The notes: generated by a model from the sequence alone, not told the origin. A DNA stretch of 51,803 nucleotides from an uncultured Desulfobulbaceae bacterium (GCA_903891045.1 CAITDH010000086.1:1-51803); one strand, 5' to 3'. Positions 28,840 to 38,113 are shown, counted from the first letter of the stretch. Program-made: numbers and translations.

Positions 28840-29117
28840 CGTATTCTCAAAGCTCCCGTGGTTTTCCCTTTCCTTGCAGACAAAGATTATCAGCCATCCA
28901 GATGATGCGAGTTGTCTCTCGACATCTCATCGTTGACACTATCATAGTATTCGACACTGTTCTACCATTGTGCTCACTAACGAGAGCCACCGCAACCGAT
29001 ACTACGACCCTTTTTTATAGAAATTTCCTATTTTACATATCGTCATTATTCCAGTAATGAGTCTCTGCACTTTGAATCTGTTTTGTTTTCCATAAAAAAG
29101 AACAAGGAGGAAAAATC

Positions 29118-29540
29118 ATGAGAAAAGGAATGGCGGTTCTGGCAGTTCTGGTGATCGGGCTGTTCAATATGGCAGCCCTGTTTGAAAATTTTAACTACGT
29201 CACAGCCGAGGATTTCATGCAGTGGCTTGATTCCGGCAAGGCCATGGTTCTTGTGGATATCCAGGTCAAAGATGAATTCTCGCTCCATCATTTTAAAGAT
29301 TCCATTGAGACCAACTCCTTTCCGGTGGACACTGAAGAACAGCAGAAAATGATCGACCCTGCGGTCGCCGCAAGCAAAGCAGCCGGCACCGATGTGGTGG
29401 TGGTCTGCCCACGAGGTGGCGGCGGCGCCAAAAAATGTTACAATTATCTCAAGGCTCAGGGGATCCCGGAGACAAAACTTTTTATCCTTGAAGGCGGCAT
29501 CGCCAAATGGCCCTACAAGGAAATGCTGGTGGGGCGTTGA
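29118..29540 (+). CDS. Single-domain rhodanese with N-terminal hydrophobic anchor or signal
   Basis: 140 aa. N-terminus 'MRKGMAVLAVLVIGLFNMAAL'. Active-site loop 'VVCPRGGGGAKK'. AAGGAGG SD at about 29103-29109. Confidence 0.8.
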   Translation: MRKGMAVLAVLVIGLFNMAALFENFNYVTAEDFMQWLDSGKAMVLVDIQVKDEFSLHHFKDSIETNSFPVDTEEQQKMIDPAVAASKAAGTDVVVVCPRGGGGAKKCYNYLKAQGIPETKLFILEGGIAKWPYKEMLVGR

Positions 29541-29558
29541 CAACAGTTTTCCCCTTCA

Positions 29559-30737
29559 ATGAAGATACCTGAAACCAGTTTGTTTTGTGCCGATACCAAG
29601 ATAAAAGGTGCCGTTTATCATCAGGCACAGGCCTTGCATCAGGGCTGCACCCGCTGCCAGGCGTGTGTCAGCCAGTGTGCGTTTCTGCAAAAAAACGGCA
29701 CACCGGGTGACATTGCCGCCTCTCTGCTGGCTGGCGACTCGACGGTCGATCCCTTTGCCTGCAGCCTGTGCAATCTGTGCACAGCGGTCTGTCCTGCCCA
29801 GATTGCCCCCGAATCCTTGTTTCTGGAGATGCGCCGTCAGGTCATGGCCTGCGACAAACGCCCCAACAGGCGTTACGCCCCCATCCTCAACTACGAACGC
29901 CGCGGCAGCTCCCGGCTCTTTTCCTGGTACCACCTGCCGACCGGCTGTGATACCGTCTTTTTTCCGGGCTGCACCCTGCCCGGCACCAGACCCGAGACCA
30001 CTTGGTCAATCTATCAGCAACTCAATGAGCAGATCCCGCATCTGGGCATGATCCTGGATTGCTGTCATAAACCCTCCCATGACCTTGGACGACAGGACTC
30101 TTTCCTGACCTGGTTCGAAGATATGCGAGACTGGCTGATCAGGCATGGCGTCCGTCATATTATTATCGCCTGCCCGAACTGTTATAAGGTTTTTCATGGG
30201 TACGGTCAGGGACTCACCGTTCAGACGGCCTGGGAGATCCTGGCCGGGAACGACATCGAGCCCATCTCTCCTGCCATTGCGCATGACCGGATTACCGTCC
30301 ACGACCCCTGTCCCTTGCGTAACCACCAAGATGCCCATCAGGCAGTCCGGACAATCTTGTCCCGCCTGGGGATGAAGGTGCGGGAGATGCGACATTCCAG
30401 AAAGCACACTATCTGCTGTGGAGAAGGTGGATCGGTGGCCCTTGTCAACCCGGATATGGCCGGGAAATGGGGAGATATCCGCAAGATTGAAGCGGGCGAT
30501 GATCTGGTTGTGACCTACTGCGCTGGATGTGCTGGCTTTCTGACCAGGGCTGGCATAAAAGTAGTCCATCTCGGCGATCTCCTGGTCAACCCTGCAAAGG
30601 CCCTGGCCGGGAAGGCAGCGGTGGCCGGAGCGCCCAGGACCTATCTCAACCGAATCAGGTTGAAAAGAAGACTGCAAAAGGCCATCAAGACTTGCCATGA
30701 AAAAATCCTGCCCAAAAAGATAGAATACAATTTATAA
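29559..30737 (+). CDS. HdrD/GlpC-like Fe-S protein (2x[4Fe-4S] ferredoxin motifs plus two CCG domains)
   Basis: 'CTRCQACVSQC' and 'CSLCNLCTAVCP' motifs. CCG domains 'FFPGCTLPG...DCCHKP...ACPNC' and 'HDPCPLR...ICCGEGG...YCAGC'. No signal peptide or TM helix seen. Confidence 0.85.
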   Translation: MKIPETSLFCADTKIKGAVYHQAQALHQGCTRCQACVSQCAFLQKNGTPGDIAASLLAGDSTVDPFACSLCNLCTAVCPAQIAPESLFLEMRRQVMACDKRPNRRYAPILNYERRGSSRLFSWYHLPTGCDTVFFPGCTLPGTRPETTWSIYQQLNEQIPHLGMILDCCHKPSHDLGRQDSFLTWFEDMRDWLIRHGVRHIIIACPNCYKVFHGYGQGLTVQTAWEILAGNDIEPISPAIAHDRITVHDPCPLRNHQDAHQAVRTILSRLGMKVREMRHSRKHTICCGEGGSVALVNPDMAGKWGDIRKIEAGDDLVVTYCAGCAGFLTRAGIKVVHLGDLLVNPAKALAGKAAVAGAPRTYLNRIRLKRRLQKAIKTCHEKILPKKIEYNL

Positions 30738-30763
30738 TAAAAACCAAAAAGGAGAACATCGCG

Positions 30764-31576
30764 ATGACAGTAAAACGAAATATCCTGATTATTTTTTCTC
30801 TCATATCCCTGCTTCTGGCCACTGCTGTGGCCAATGCCGAAAACAGTATTCCGGTTCTCACCACGACGGATCTCAAGCAGCTTCTAGACCAAAAGGGAAG
30901 TAATATTACTCTGGTTGACGCCCGTAATCATGAGGAATACCAAGAGGTTCACATCAAGAACGCCATCAATATCCCGGAAAAGAAATTCGCCGAAAACGCA
31001 GGGCTGTTACCTGCGGATAAGACGCGACAGATCGTTTTCTACTGCAACGGCATCAAATGCGGAAAAAGTAAAAAGGCCGCTCAGAAAGCCATAGATATGG
31101 GCTACGCCAATATTCAGATCTACGCCGATGGCATGCCGGTCTGGGAGGAAAAGGGGCTGCCCATTTACGCTGGCCCTGATTATGAAAAGAAGATAGAAAC
31201 TACGAAAATTGCACCGAAGGATCTGCAGACCCTCATGGAGAGCAAGGCTGGCGAGGTAACCGTTGTCGATGTTCGCGACCTTTCAGAGTTCCAGGAAGGG
31301 CATATCCCCGGGGCTATCAACATCCCGGCGGCAGAATTTTCCTCCCAGTCAAACCAGCTTGACAAGGAAAAGACCATTGTCGTCACCTGCAACTCTGGAG
31401 GCCGTAGCTACAACGCGTACCGCAAGCTCATGAAGCTCGGCTATGAAAAAATAGCTCAGGCGATTTTCCAAGATTGGAAGGACCAGGGTCTGCCGGTCAA
31501 AACTATGGGCATCAAACCCGCAGGCGGCATAAGCATGCGTCACCGCACCCTCTCCATAGGCAAGATTGCCATATAA
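30764..31576 (+). CDS. Exported tandem-rhodanese protein
   Basis: Sec signal 'LLLATAVANA|ENS'. Two rhodanese domains with loops 'FYCNGIKCGKS' and 'VTCNSGGRS'. Confidence 0.85.
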   Translation: MTVKRNILIIFSLISLLLATAVANAENSIPVLTTTDLKQLLDQKGSNITLVDARNHEEYQEVHIKNAINIPEKKFAENAGLLPADKTRQIVFYCNGIKCGKSKKAAQKAIDMGYANIQIYADGMPVWEEKGLPIYAGPDYEKKIETTKIAPKDLQTLMESKAGEVTVVDVRDLSEFQEGHIPGAINIPAAEFSSQSNQLDKEKTIVVTCNSGGRSYNAYRKLMKLGYEKIAQAIFQDWKDQGLPVKTMGIKPAGGISMRHRTLSIGKIAI

Positions 31577-31583
31577 AAATTAC

Positions 31584-31622
31584 AAAAAAGGACATCCCTG
31601 ACCACTAACATCAGGGATGTCC
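31584..31622 (-). terminator. Rho-independent terminator of degP (possibly bidirectional)
   Basis: A 12-bp perfect stem GGACATCCCTGA / TCAGGGATGTCC (31590-31601 / 31611-31622) is followed on the minus strand by a T6 run (31584-31589). Confidence 0.7.
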
Positions 31623-31633
31623 TCCCGGTTATC

Positions 31634-33103
31634 CTACTTCACCCCCAGCACCACATACTGACTGCGGTTGCCGCTGCGGATCAGCAGGAGAATATTTTCC
31701 GTGTTACCGCTTTGCTGTACTGCCTGTTGCAGTTCCTTGAGATTATGCACCGGCTGCCGGTTGACCTCTTCGATCAGGCTGCCTGCCTGAATGCGGGCCA
31801 GGGCCGCCGGACTTCCAGGGGCAACTCCTGCAATGAGCACCCCTTGTCCCTGGGCGTAGCCAAACTGACGGGCCAGTTCAGCATTCAGCTCCTGGAGCGA
31901 CAGGCCCATTTTCTGCAAGATCTGAGGTTGCTGCGGAGTTCCCGACTGGGTCATCATATCACCCGGCTGCTCCTCAACCTGAACAGTCAACTTCTGTTGC
32001 TTTTCATTGCGCACCAGAGTCAGATCAACCTTGGTTCCCGGAGGGGTCATGGCCACCTGGTTGCGCAGATCCGCCACATCCGCCACCGGTTTTCCCTCAT
32101 AGAGAATAATCACATCACCCTGTTTGAGCCCGGCCTTGGCTGCCGGCGAATCCTTACTGACCTCGGTCACCAGGGCCCCGGATTTCTGGGTCATTTTGAA
32201 GGAACGGGCAAGCTCGCCATTCATATCCTGGATCCCAACCCCGATCCAGCTTCGGGTGACTTTCCCACTAGCCAGCAACTGACTTTTCACCGTCTTGGCC
32301 ATATTGACCGGAATGGCAAAACCGATGCCCATATAGCCGCCGCTGCGGGAAAAAATTGCCGTATTGATCCCGATAACCTGGCCATGGATATTGAGCAGCG
32401 GCCCCCCTGAATTGCCGGGATTGATGGCCGCATCGGTCTGGATGAAATTTTCATACTCATTGATGCCCATGTGGTTCCGGCCCTTGGCGCTCACGACTCC
32501 CACCGTTACCGTGCGATCCAGGCCAAAAGGGCTGCCAATGGCAATAACCCATTCCCCAACCTCCAGTTGATCAGAATCACCCAGAGGAAGATAAGGAAAT
32601 TTGTGGCCATCGCTGATCTTGATCAGGGCGACATCGGATTGCGGGTCGGTGCCGATCACCTTTCCCTCCAGCTCCTGCTCCCCTTCCAGGCGCACCGTGA
32701 TCTTATCGGCATTTTCAACAACATGATTGTTGGTCAGGATATAGCCGTCCTCACTGATGAGAAACCCTGACCCTGCCGCCTGCGACTTAAATTGTTCCGG
32801 GGCTTGAGGCAAGGCTGGGTGTTTAAAGGATGGGCCAAAAAAGTGTTTGAAGATAGGATCATCAGAAGGATCGAACTGATTATCAGGGCTCATCCCCCCT
32901 TTTTTCTCAACCCGCACATGCACCACCGCCGGCCCTGCTTTCTTGACCACGGAAGAAAAGGCCTTGGCCGATTTATCAAGAAGTTGGATATTTTCATCCT
33001 CGACAGCCCTGCCGATGGCCGAGAACCAGGAAAGGCCAAGCAGAAAGACCAGGAAGAGGGAAAAAATCAAGGGTGAAATTCGTTGTCGCATTCCTCGGTT
33101 CAT
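31634..33103 (-). CDS. degP: DegP/HtrA (Do-family) periplasmic serine protease with two PDZ domains
   Basis: Catalytic triad context 'TNNHVV', 'DVALIK', 'GNSGGPL'. 489 aa with an N-terminal signal anchor. Confidence 0.93.
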   Translation of the reverse strand: MNRGMRQRISPLIFSLFLVFLLGLSWFSAIGRAVEDENIQLLDKSAKAFSSVVKKAGPAVVHVRVEKKGGMSPDNQFDPSDDPIFKHFFGPSFKHPALPQAPEQFKSQAAGSGFLISEDGYILTNNHVVENADKITVRLEGEQELEGKVIGTDPQSDVALIKISDGHKFPYLPLGDSDQLEVGEWVIAIGSPFGLDRTVTVGVVSAKGRNHMGINEYENFIQTDAAINPGNSGGPLLNIHGQVIGINTAIFSRSGGYMGIGFAIPVNMAKTVKSQLLASGKVTRSWIGVGIQDMNGELARSFKMTQKSGALVTEVSKDSPAAKAGLKQGDVIILYEGKPVADVADLRNQVAMTPPGTKVDLTLVRNEKQQKLTVQVEEQPGDMMTQSGTPQQPQILQKMGLSLQELNAELARQFGYAQGQGVLIAGVAPGSPAALARIQAGSLIEEVNRQPVHNLKELQQAVQQSGNTENILLLIRSGNRSQYVVLGVK

Positions 33104-33130
33104 GATGATGTGTTCTCCTTGTACGAATGG

Positions 33131-33931
33131 TTAAAAAATTTTGTTACCTTCTCTTATATCTGCCATTGTCATGGCAATGGATTCAAAAAATGGGTTTGGA
33201 ATCCAGCCGCTATGCCCGTTTTCATCTTGAATCAGGGTATAATCGTCGTGGCTTTTGATGATTCGGATCAGACGGCCTTCCTCGATGATACCCGTGCTTG
33301 CCGCCCCGGCAAAAGGAGAGATCAGCAGGGAAACCTTCGGGGTAATAATAACAGCCTGCTGCCAGCTCTGATACTGGAGCGCAATCCCAGCTGAACTGAT
33401 ACCAAGCAACAGCAGGCAGAGACCAGTCAGGAAATACGAAAGTCCGGTTGAAAGGGTAAAACGCCAGGTCGCAAGCTGGAGCAGGGACAGCGCGGCCAGC
33501 AGAATCGCTGTCAGCAAGGCCCACTGATTGAGTCCCAGCAAGGCGCCTGCCTGGTGAAAAAGTGAAATCTCCTCTTGAGAAAGCCCTTTCTCCTGGCGCA
33601 GGAGTTCAAGATTATGGCGGATATCAGCATCACCAGGGGCCAGGCGCAGGGCCCGCTCGTACCCCAGAACCGCCTTGCCGGTCTGGCCGTTTCGGGCATA
33701 GCTGTTGGCCAGATTATAGCACAGTGATGCCGAAAAACCCGCATGGGAAATCAATGCCTCATAGATCTGAATGGCCTTGCTCCAGTCACCGGCTTCATAG
33801 GCCTTGCCCGCCGCCAGAAAATCATCGTTGACAGTTCGTTCTCCAGCCGAGCAAGGGACGAACAGGGTGCAGGACATCACCAACAGCACCAGCGCCATGG
33901 CTGCTCTTTTCAGTTGCAGGCAGCCCTTCAT
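33131..33931 (-). CDS. batE: BatE-like TPR plus SH3 domain protein
   Basis: Signal peptide, TPR region, TM segments and a C-terminal SH3-like 'DDYTLIQDENGHSGWI'. Last gene of the Bat operon. Its start overlaps the batD stop (ATGA). Confidence 0.75.
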   Translation of the reverse strand: MKGCLQLKRAAMALVLLVMSCTLFVPCSAGERTVNDDFLAAGKAYEAGDWSKAIQIYEALISHAGFSASLCYNLANSYARNGQTGKAVLGYERALRLAPGDADIRHNLELLRQEKGLSQEEISLFHQAGALLGLNQWALLTAILLAALSLLQLATWRFTLSTGLSYFLTGLCLLLLGISSAGIALQYQSWQQAVIITPKVSLLISPFAGAASTGIIEEGRLIRIIKSHDDYTLIQDENGHSGWIPNPFFESIAMTMADIREGNKIF

Positions 33932-35868
33932 CGCAGCTGCCTCAGCGCATGTTCCAGTTTTTCGACATACTCGGCCATCTCCTGACTGCTGAGAAGATGG
34001 CCAACATAGGCGCCGCTTTCAGCTGTGGCAAAAAGGATAATGAGTTCCGAATCAGGCGCCAGACGTTGACGGAGATCAGCAAGGGTAATGGCCGCCGGCC
34101 CTGTCTGCCAGAGGAGCCCCAACTGTTCCTGAAGAGTCCGGCGACAGATGGCAAGAAAATCCCGGTTGCTGCCCTGTTCCTGGTTCTTCCTGATCTCCCG
34201 CAACCTGAGCTCAAGAAGACGGACCATCTCCTGCTGTCGGCAAAGGACAGGATTACCGGCCAGCCGCCTGGCCCGAATCTTGAACAGGATCACCCCGACA
34301 AGCAGCAGAAACAAGGCCAGGAGGACCATCTGAAAACCGGTCTGGGTAATGAGCGGAATCAACCCCTGCTGGAGGGAGCCCATTTTCGAATGCAGGGGAG
34401 CCAAGGGGCTTGCAGCAGGCCGTCCTGACTGATCGCCGTTACTCTTCTGTGGCATCGTCTTCTCGATTCCCGCGGTATCAGACCGTCCTTGGCCGCCGCC
34501 GCTCCTGTCATCACCGGCGCTCTTGTTTTCACTTTTTTCCGAACCCTCTGTCTTGCTCGTGTGCAAGAGAATGGGATCACTGTGCAAGGTTTGATATTTC
34601 CCAGCCTCCGGATCAAAAAAACTGAAAGCAAGGGGCGGGATCGAAGTCTTGTCACCACTCCTGGCAATAATGGCCTGGTCAAAGACCTTGCTGCCTTGTC
34701 CCAGACTCACCCCCGGCGTAAATTTCGCAGAGGGCGGATAGCTCTTCCACCCCTCAGGCTGACTCAAAACCGGGGCCTCAACCCGATCAAAATTCCCGGC
34801 ACCGGCAACGGTCATGGTCAGGGTAATCGGGTCGCCAGGCCCGACATCAGTCGGCTGGGCCTTTACCTGCAGCGCAAACTTGCCAATGGCCCCGCCAAAA
34901 CCTGCCGGTTTTCCCTCTGCCGGCAAGGACAGCACCTGAAGCGTCATCTCCTTGCTGACGATCTGGATCTTTTTTTCCTGCACCCGCTGCTGATTAAAAA
35001 AATCGGCAAAAAGATCATTGCCAAAAAACGGGTCATCTCCCATGGGCGCGCCCCGGCGGCGGTTATCCGGGAGGAGCAGAGTGGCCTCGATGGCGACACT
35101 GACGTTGTGACTGCCCTCTTTAATACCGGACAAGGTGCCGGGCCAGGTAAGCACAGAATAAGGAACATTGTCGACCATCTCTTCAGTCTGCACCGGTTCC
35201 TGCTTGGACTCGGAGAGGACAAATCCGTCGCCATTCAAACGGGGCTGGGTATTGAGAGTAGCCCTGAGTCCCCTGCGGAAATAGGCCTTGATCTCGATGG
35301 GCAAGACCTCACCCGTATAACTTTCCTCTTTGACCGGACTGACCCGCAGAAAGGCCATCTGCTCCTTCTCCCCTACAGCCTGAGCTCCGCTCCGGGATGG
35401 CGGAGCAGCTCCTCCTTCCGGGTTTGGCAGGGAAGGGACACCGGCAGCAGCAGAAGTAACCTCAAAGCTAATGGGCTCGGTCAGCAGTCGCTTGCCGTCA
35501 ACCGTTACGGCAATAGGGGGGATGGTAAAGGTTCCTGGCCGCAAGGCCTGAACCAGGAAAAAAGTTGCCACCGAAGAAGAAAGGGAGCCATTGATAATCT
35601 GATGCCGGCTGCTCCGTCCTCGCTGCTGGAAGTCAAGACCATCCACCCGCGGCAGTTCGGCAATGGTTCCGTCTGCATCATTGATGGTAATGGTCAGGGT
35701 CGCTGCTTGATCAACGGAAAAGCGCCGGGCGTCAAGAGATGCGGAAACCGACGGGGCGCCATGGGAGACAGTGGCAAGGCCCAGAATGGCCAAGGTCAGC
35801 AAAAGGGCCACACTGCGGACTTGGCTAAGAGTTATGATGAGTTGTGTACGTCTTACCAGTCTTTCCAT
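33928..35868 (-). CDS. batD: BatD-like (oxygen-tolerance) protein
   Basis: 646 aa with a signal peptide, a large extracytoplasmic beta-rich region and one C-terminal TM helix. It holds the position between batB/C and batE. Confidence 0.7.
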   Translation of the reverse strand: MERLVRRTQLIITLSQVRSVALLLTLAILGLATVSHGAPSVSASLDARRFSVDQAATLTITINDADGTIAELPRVDGLDFQQRGRSSRHQIINGSLSSSVATFFLVQALRPGTFTIPPIAVTVDGKRLLTEPISFEVTSAAAGVPSLPNPEGGAAPPSRSGAQAVGEKEQMAFLRVSPVKEESYTGEVLPIEIKAYFRRGLRATLNTQPRLNGDGFVLSESKQEPVQTEEMVDNVPYSVLTWPGTLSGIKEGSHNVSVAIEATLLLPDNRRRGAPMGDDPFFGNDLFADFFNQQRVQEKKIQIVSKEMTLQVLSLPAEGKPAGFGGAIGKFALQVKAQPTDVGPGDPITLTMTVAGAGNFDRVEAPVLSQPEGWKSYPPSAKFTPGVSLGQGSKVFDQAIIARSGDKTSIPPLAFSFFDPEAGKYQTLHSDPILLHTSKTEGSEKSENKSAGDDRSGGGQGRSDTAGIEKTMPQKSNGDQSGRPAASPLAPLHSKMGSLQQGLIPLITQTGFQMVLLALFLLLVGVILFKIRARRLAGNPVLCRQQEMVRLLELRLREIRKNQEQGSNRDFLAICRRTLQEQLGLLWQTGPAAITLADLRQRLAPDSELIILFATAESGAYVGHLLSSQEMAEYVEKLEHALRQLR

Positions 35869-37895
35869 TTTCCTTCTTTTCCAGCCTCTCCATTTTCTGT
35901 CTGGGGGACAAAATTCAGCCTGCCTTCCTCATCCTTGAGGCGATGCAAGAGCTGCCGGGCCTCGTCATTTGTCATCTTGCCGGACTGACGCCGCTCTTTA
36001 TCCTGGCCCAGCGGAGCTGTCTGATCCGCGGCAGCATTCTTCTGTTGCGGCTTATCACTGCTGTCCTCAGCAGCTTGACCAGCCCCTGTCGGTTCCGACT
36101 GCTGATCCTTCCCGGCAGACTTGTCTGCTGGTTGCTCCTGGGAATCACCAGCCTGATCACCTGATTTTTTTTCTGGAGGGGAGGATTCATTCTGAGCGGC
36201 GAGATCCTTGCCCTGTTGCTGGCCCTGATCATCCTGTTTTTCCGGCTGCCCCTGCTTGTCTTCCTGGCCTTGCTGATCACCCGCCTGAGATTTGTCCTTT
36301 TGTTGTTCCGACTCTTTTTCCTGCTTCTCCTGGTCTTTTTTGTCCTGCTGTTGTTTGTCCTGGTTCTGCTTATCCTGCTGCTGTTTCTTCAACTCTTCTA
36401 ACCTTCTGGTGACTAGATCCCGATTTTCCTTGCTGTCCTTGGCCTGCGGGTGCAGCTTGAGACTGCCCTCATAGGCATCAAGCGCCTGCTGCCACACCTT
36501 TGCCGCCTGCTGCGGCTCCTTCGGCAGAATCTCTTCCCCTTTTTTAAACAGGGCGTTGCCCAGATTATAATAAGTCTGTTCCTGCAGACCAAGGTCTTCA
36601 CTCTTGAGGGCCTCAGTAAACGAGGTAATGGCATCATCAAACAGATTATTTTTATAGGCAGCCGCCCCGGAATTATAATGCAACCTGGGATCATCGGGAT
36701 TTTTTTTCAGGGCCTCAATATAAAATTTCGAGGCCGCCAGAAATTCCCCGTCAGCAAAGGCTTTTTCTCCTTTTGAGGCAGAGGCCGGATCAACGCCTGC
36801 CAGGGTGATCAACCCGATCAGGACCACAATCTTCCGGCTCATCCCCCTGCGCCCCACGGTCTTTATAAATGGTAGATGCAAAGAGCGTTCCGATTTACGA
36901 CCGCTGATGATAAATTCCACCATAAGCAGCAGGATAGCCGCGCCCAATGGCCAACTAAAGCGCTCCAGGGGTTCTGCATGCTGTTTTTCAGCCAGTTCTT
37001 TTTTAGGGATGAGGGAGAGTTTCTGCTGGTAAATACGATCCAGCCCCGCGCCATTTTTACCCAACGGCACGTACATTCCGCCTGCAGCCTCGGCTATGGC
37101 AGTGAGAGCTTTTTCATCCAGCCGTGAAGTAATAAATTTACCGGACTCATCCTTGACAAACTGGCCCGGGTCGCTGGCTGACAAAGGGATCAGTTCCCCT
37201 GTGGTGGTGCCAACGCCCACCGTGAAGATGGTCATGCCATTGCGGGCAGCCTTGGTGGCCGCCGCCAGGGCGTCACCTTCCAGATTTTCCCCATCAGTGA
37301 GCAGGATCAGGATTTTGTGATTGGCATTACCCGAAAGAGAAGATTCAGCCACGGCGATAGCCTTGGCCAGATCGGTCCCGCCCCTGGGGATACTAGCGGT
37401 GTTCATGGTGGCCAGTGTCTCCTCAAAGGCGCTGTAATCGATGGTCAACGGACACATGAGAAAGGCCGATCCGGCAAAGGGCAGCAACCCCACCCGATCC
37501 CCTTCTAGTTGGCCCACAAAATCGATGATGGCAAGCTTGGCCCGCTCCAGCCGGTTGGGACGGATATCCTCGGTCAGCATACTTTTAGAGGTATCCAGGG
37601 CAAAAAGGATGTCAATGCCCTTGCGTTTGACCTCCACCAGTTTGAATCCATATTGCGGCCGGGCCAGGGCCAGAAAACAGCAGAACAGGGCCAGCAGCCA
37701 CAACCCTTTTTTCAGGAGCCGCCGCCGGGGAGAGACATTGCGGGTCAGACGACCGAGCAGATGGGCGGCAGCAAAGCGCTCCATCTGGGCCTGTCGCTGC
37801 TGTTCCCACCTGCGCAGATAAAAGATGATTCCAAGACAGAGCGTCAGACCGGCCAGAATCCAGTAGGGTTGGGCAAAGTGTATCACTTGGTTCAT
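35853..37895 (-). CDS. batB: BatB/BatC-like vWA plus TPR protein with Q/D/K/E-rich tail
   Basis: vWA MIDAS 'LFALDTSKSM'. TPR repeats 'FYIEALKKNPDDPRLHYNSGAAAYK'. About 130-aa low-complexity region 'QQQDKQNQDKQQQDKKDQEKQEKESEQQKDK...'. Confidence 0.8.
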   Translation of the reverse strand: MNQVIHFAQPYWILAGLTLCLGIIFYLRRWEQQRQAQMERFAAAHLLGRLTRNVSPRRRLLKKGLWLLALFCCFLALARPQYGFKLVEVKRKGIDILFALDTSKSMLTEDIRPNRLERAKLAIIDFVGQLEGDRVGLLPFAGSAFLMCPLTIDYSAFEETLATMNTASIPRGGTDLAKAIAVAESSLSGNANHKILILLTDGENLEGDALAAATKAARNGMTIFTVGVGTTTGELIPLSASDPGQFVKDESGKFITSRLDEKALTAIAEAAGGMYVPLGKNGAGLDRIYQQKLSLIPKKELAEKQHAEPLERFSWPLGAAILLLMVEFIISGRKSERSLHLPFIKTVGRRGMSRKIVVLIGLITLAGVDPASASKGEKAFADGEFLAASKFYIEALKKNPDDPRLHYNSGAAAYKNNLFDDAITSFTEALKSEDLGLQEQTYYNLGNALFKKGEEILPKEPQQAAKVWQQALDAYEGSLKLHPQAKDSKENRDLVTRRLEELKKQQQDKQNQDKQQQDKKDQEKQEKESEQQKDKSQAGDQQGQEDKQGQPEKQDDQGQQQGKDLAAQNESSPPEKKSGDQAGDSQEQPADKSAGKDQQSEPTGAGQAAEDSSDKPQQKNAAADQTAPLGQDKERRQSGKMTNDEARQLLHRLKDEEGRLNFVPQTENGEAGKEGKWKDW

Positions 37896-37922
37896 GCAAA
37901 GTTGAAGGTTAAAAAAACCTTA

Positions 37923-38034
37923 GAATCCGTAAATGAAATGAGCAAGGCCTTTTTTGCTCATTTCATTTACGGATTCTTATGCCGCTTCAAAGAAACAGCC
38001 AATCTTTAACGGCTGTTTCTTTGAGTGGCGTCTT
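37923..38034 (+). repeat. Dual-hairpin repeat, family A, copy 2 (between batA and batB)
   Basis: Hairpin 1 spans 37923-37976 with a perfect 23-bp stem (GAATCCGTAAATGAAATGAGCAA / TTGCTCATTTCATTTACGGATTC). Hairpin 2 spans 37981-38029 (GCCGCTTCAAAGAAACAGCC / GGCTGTTTCTTTGAGTGGC). It is homologous to 14207-14320. Confidence 0.8.
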
Positions 38035-38113
38035 GCCGATAACAACATACAAGGAGCCGTTACGAAAAGTCGGATTAATTGAGTTAGTTACAAGCTTATT
38101 AACAGCCTTCTAC

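Noticed and set aside
29538-29561. The rhodanese TGA stop is in the same frame as the downstream CCG-protein gene, raising the possibility of selenocysteine read-through fusion.
   Set aside because: The TGA follows a complete rhodanese domain and is not at a catalytic position. I see no SECIS-like stem-loop in the 40 nt downstream. Same-frame neighbours occur by chance one time in three. A bSECIS search or proteomics would be needed to exclude it fully.
34489-35988. 499-aa plus-strand ORF opposite batD. Similar long antisense ORFs lie at 22528-23469 (opposite ilvD), 39381-40886 and 40771-41874 (opposite DUF58/moxR), 43500-44531 (opposite the LTA-synthase-like gene) and 46066-46779 (opposite DUF711).
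   Set aside because: In every case the opposite strand encodes a protein with unmistakable conserved motifs. The antisense translations are low-complexity and lack start-site signals.
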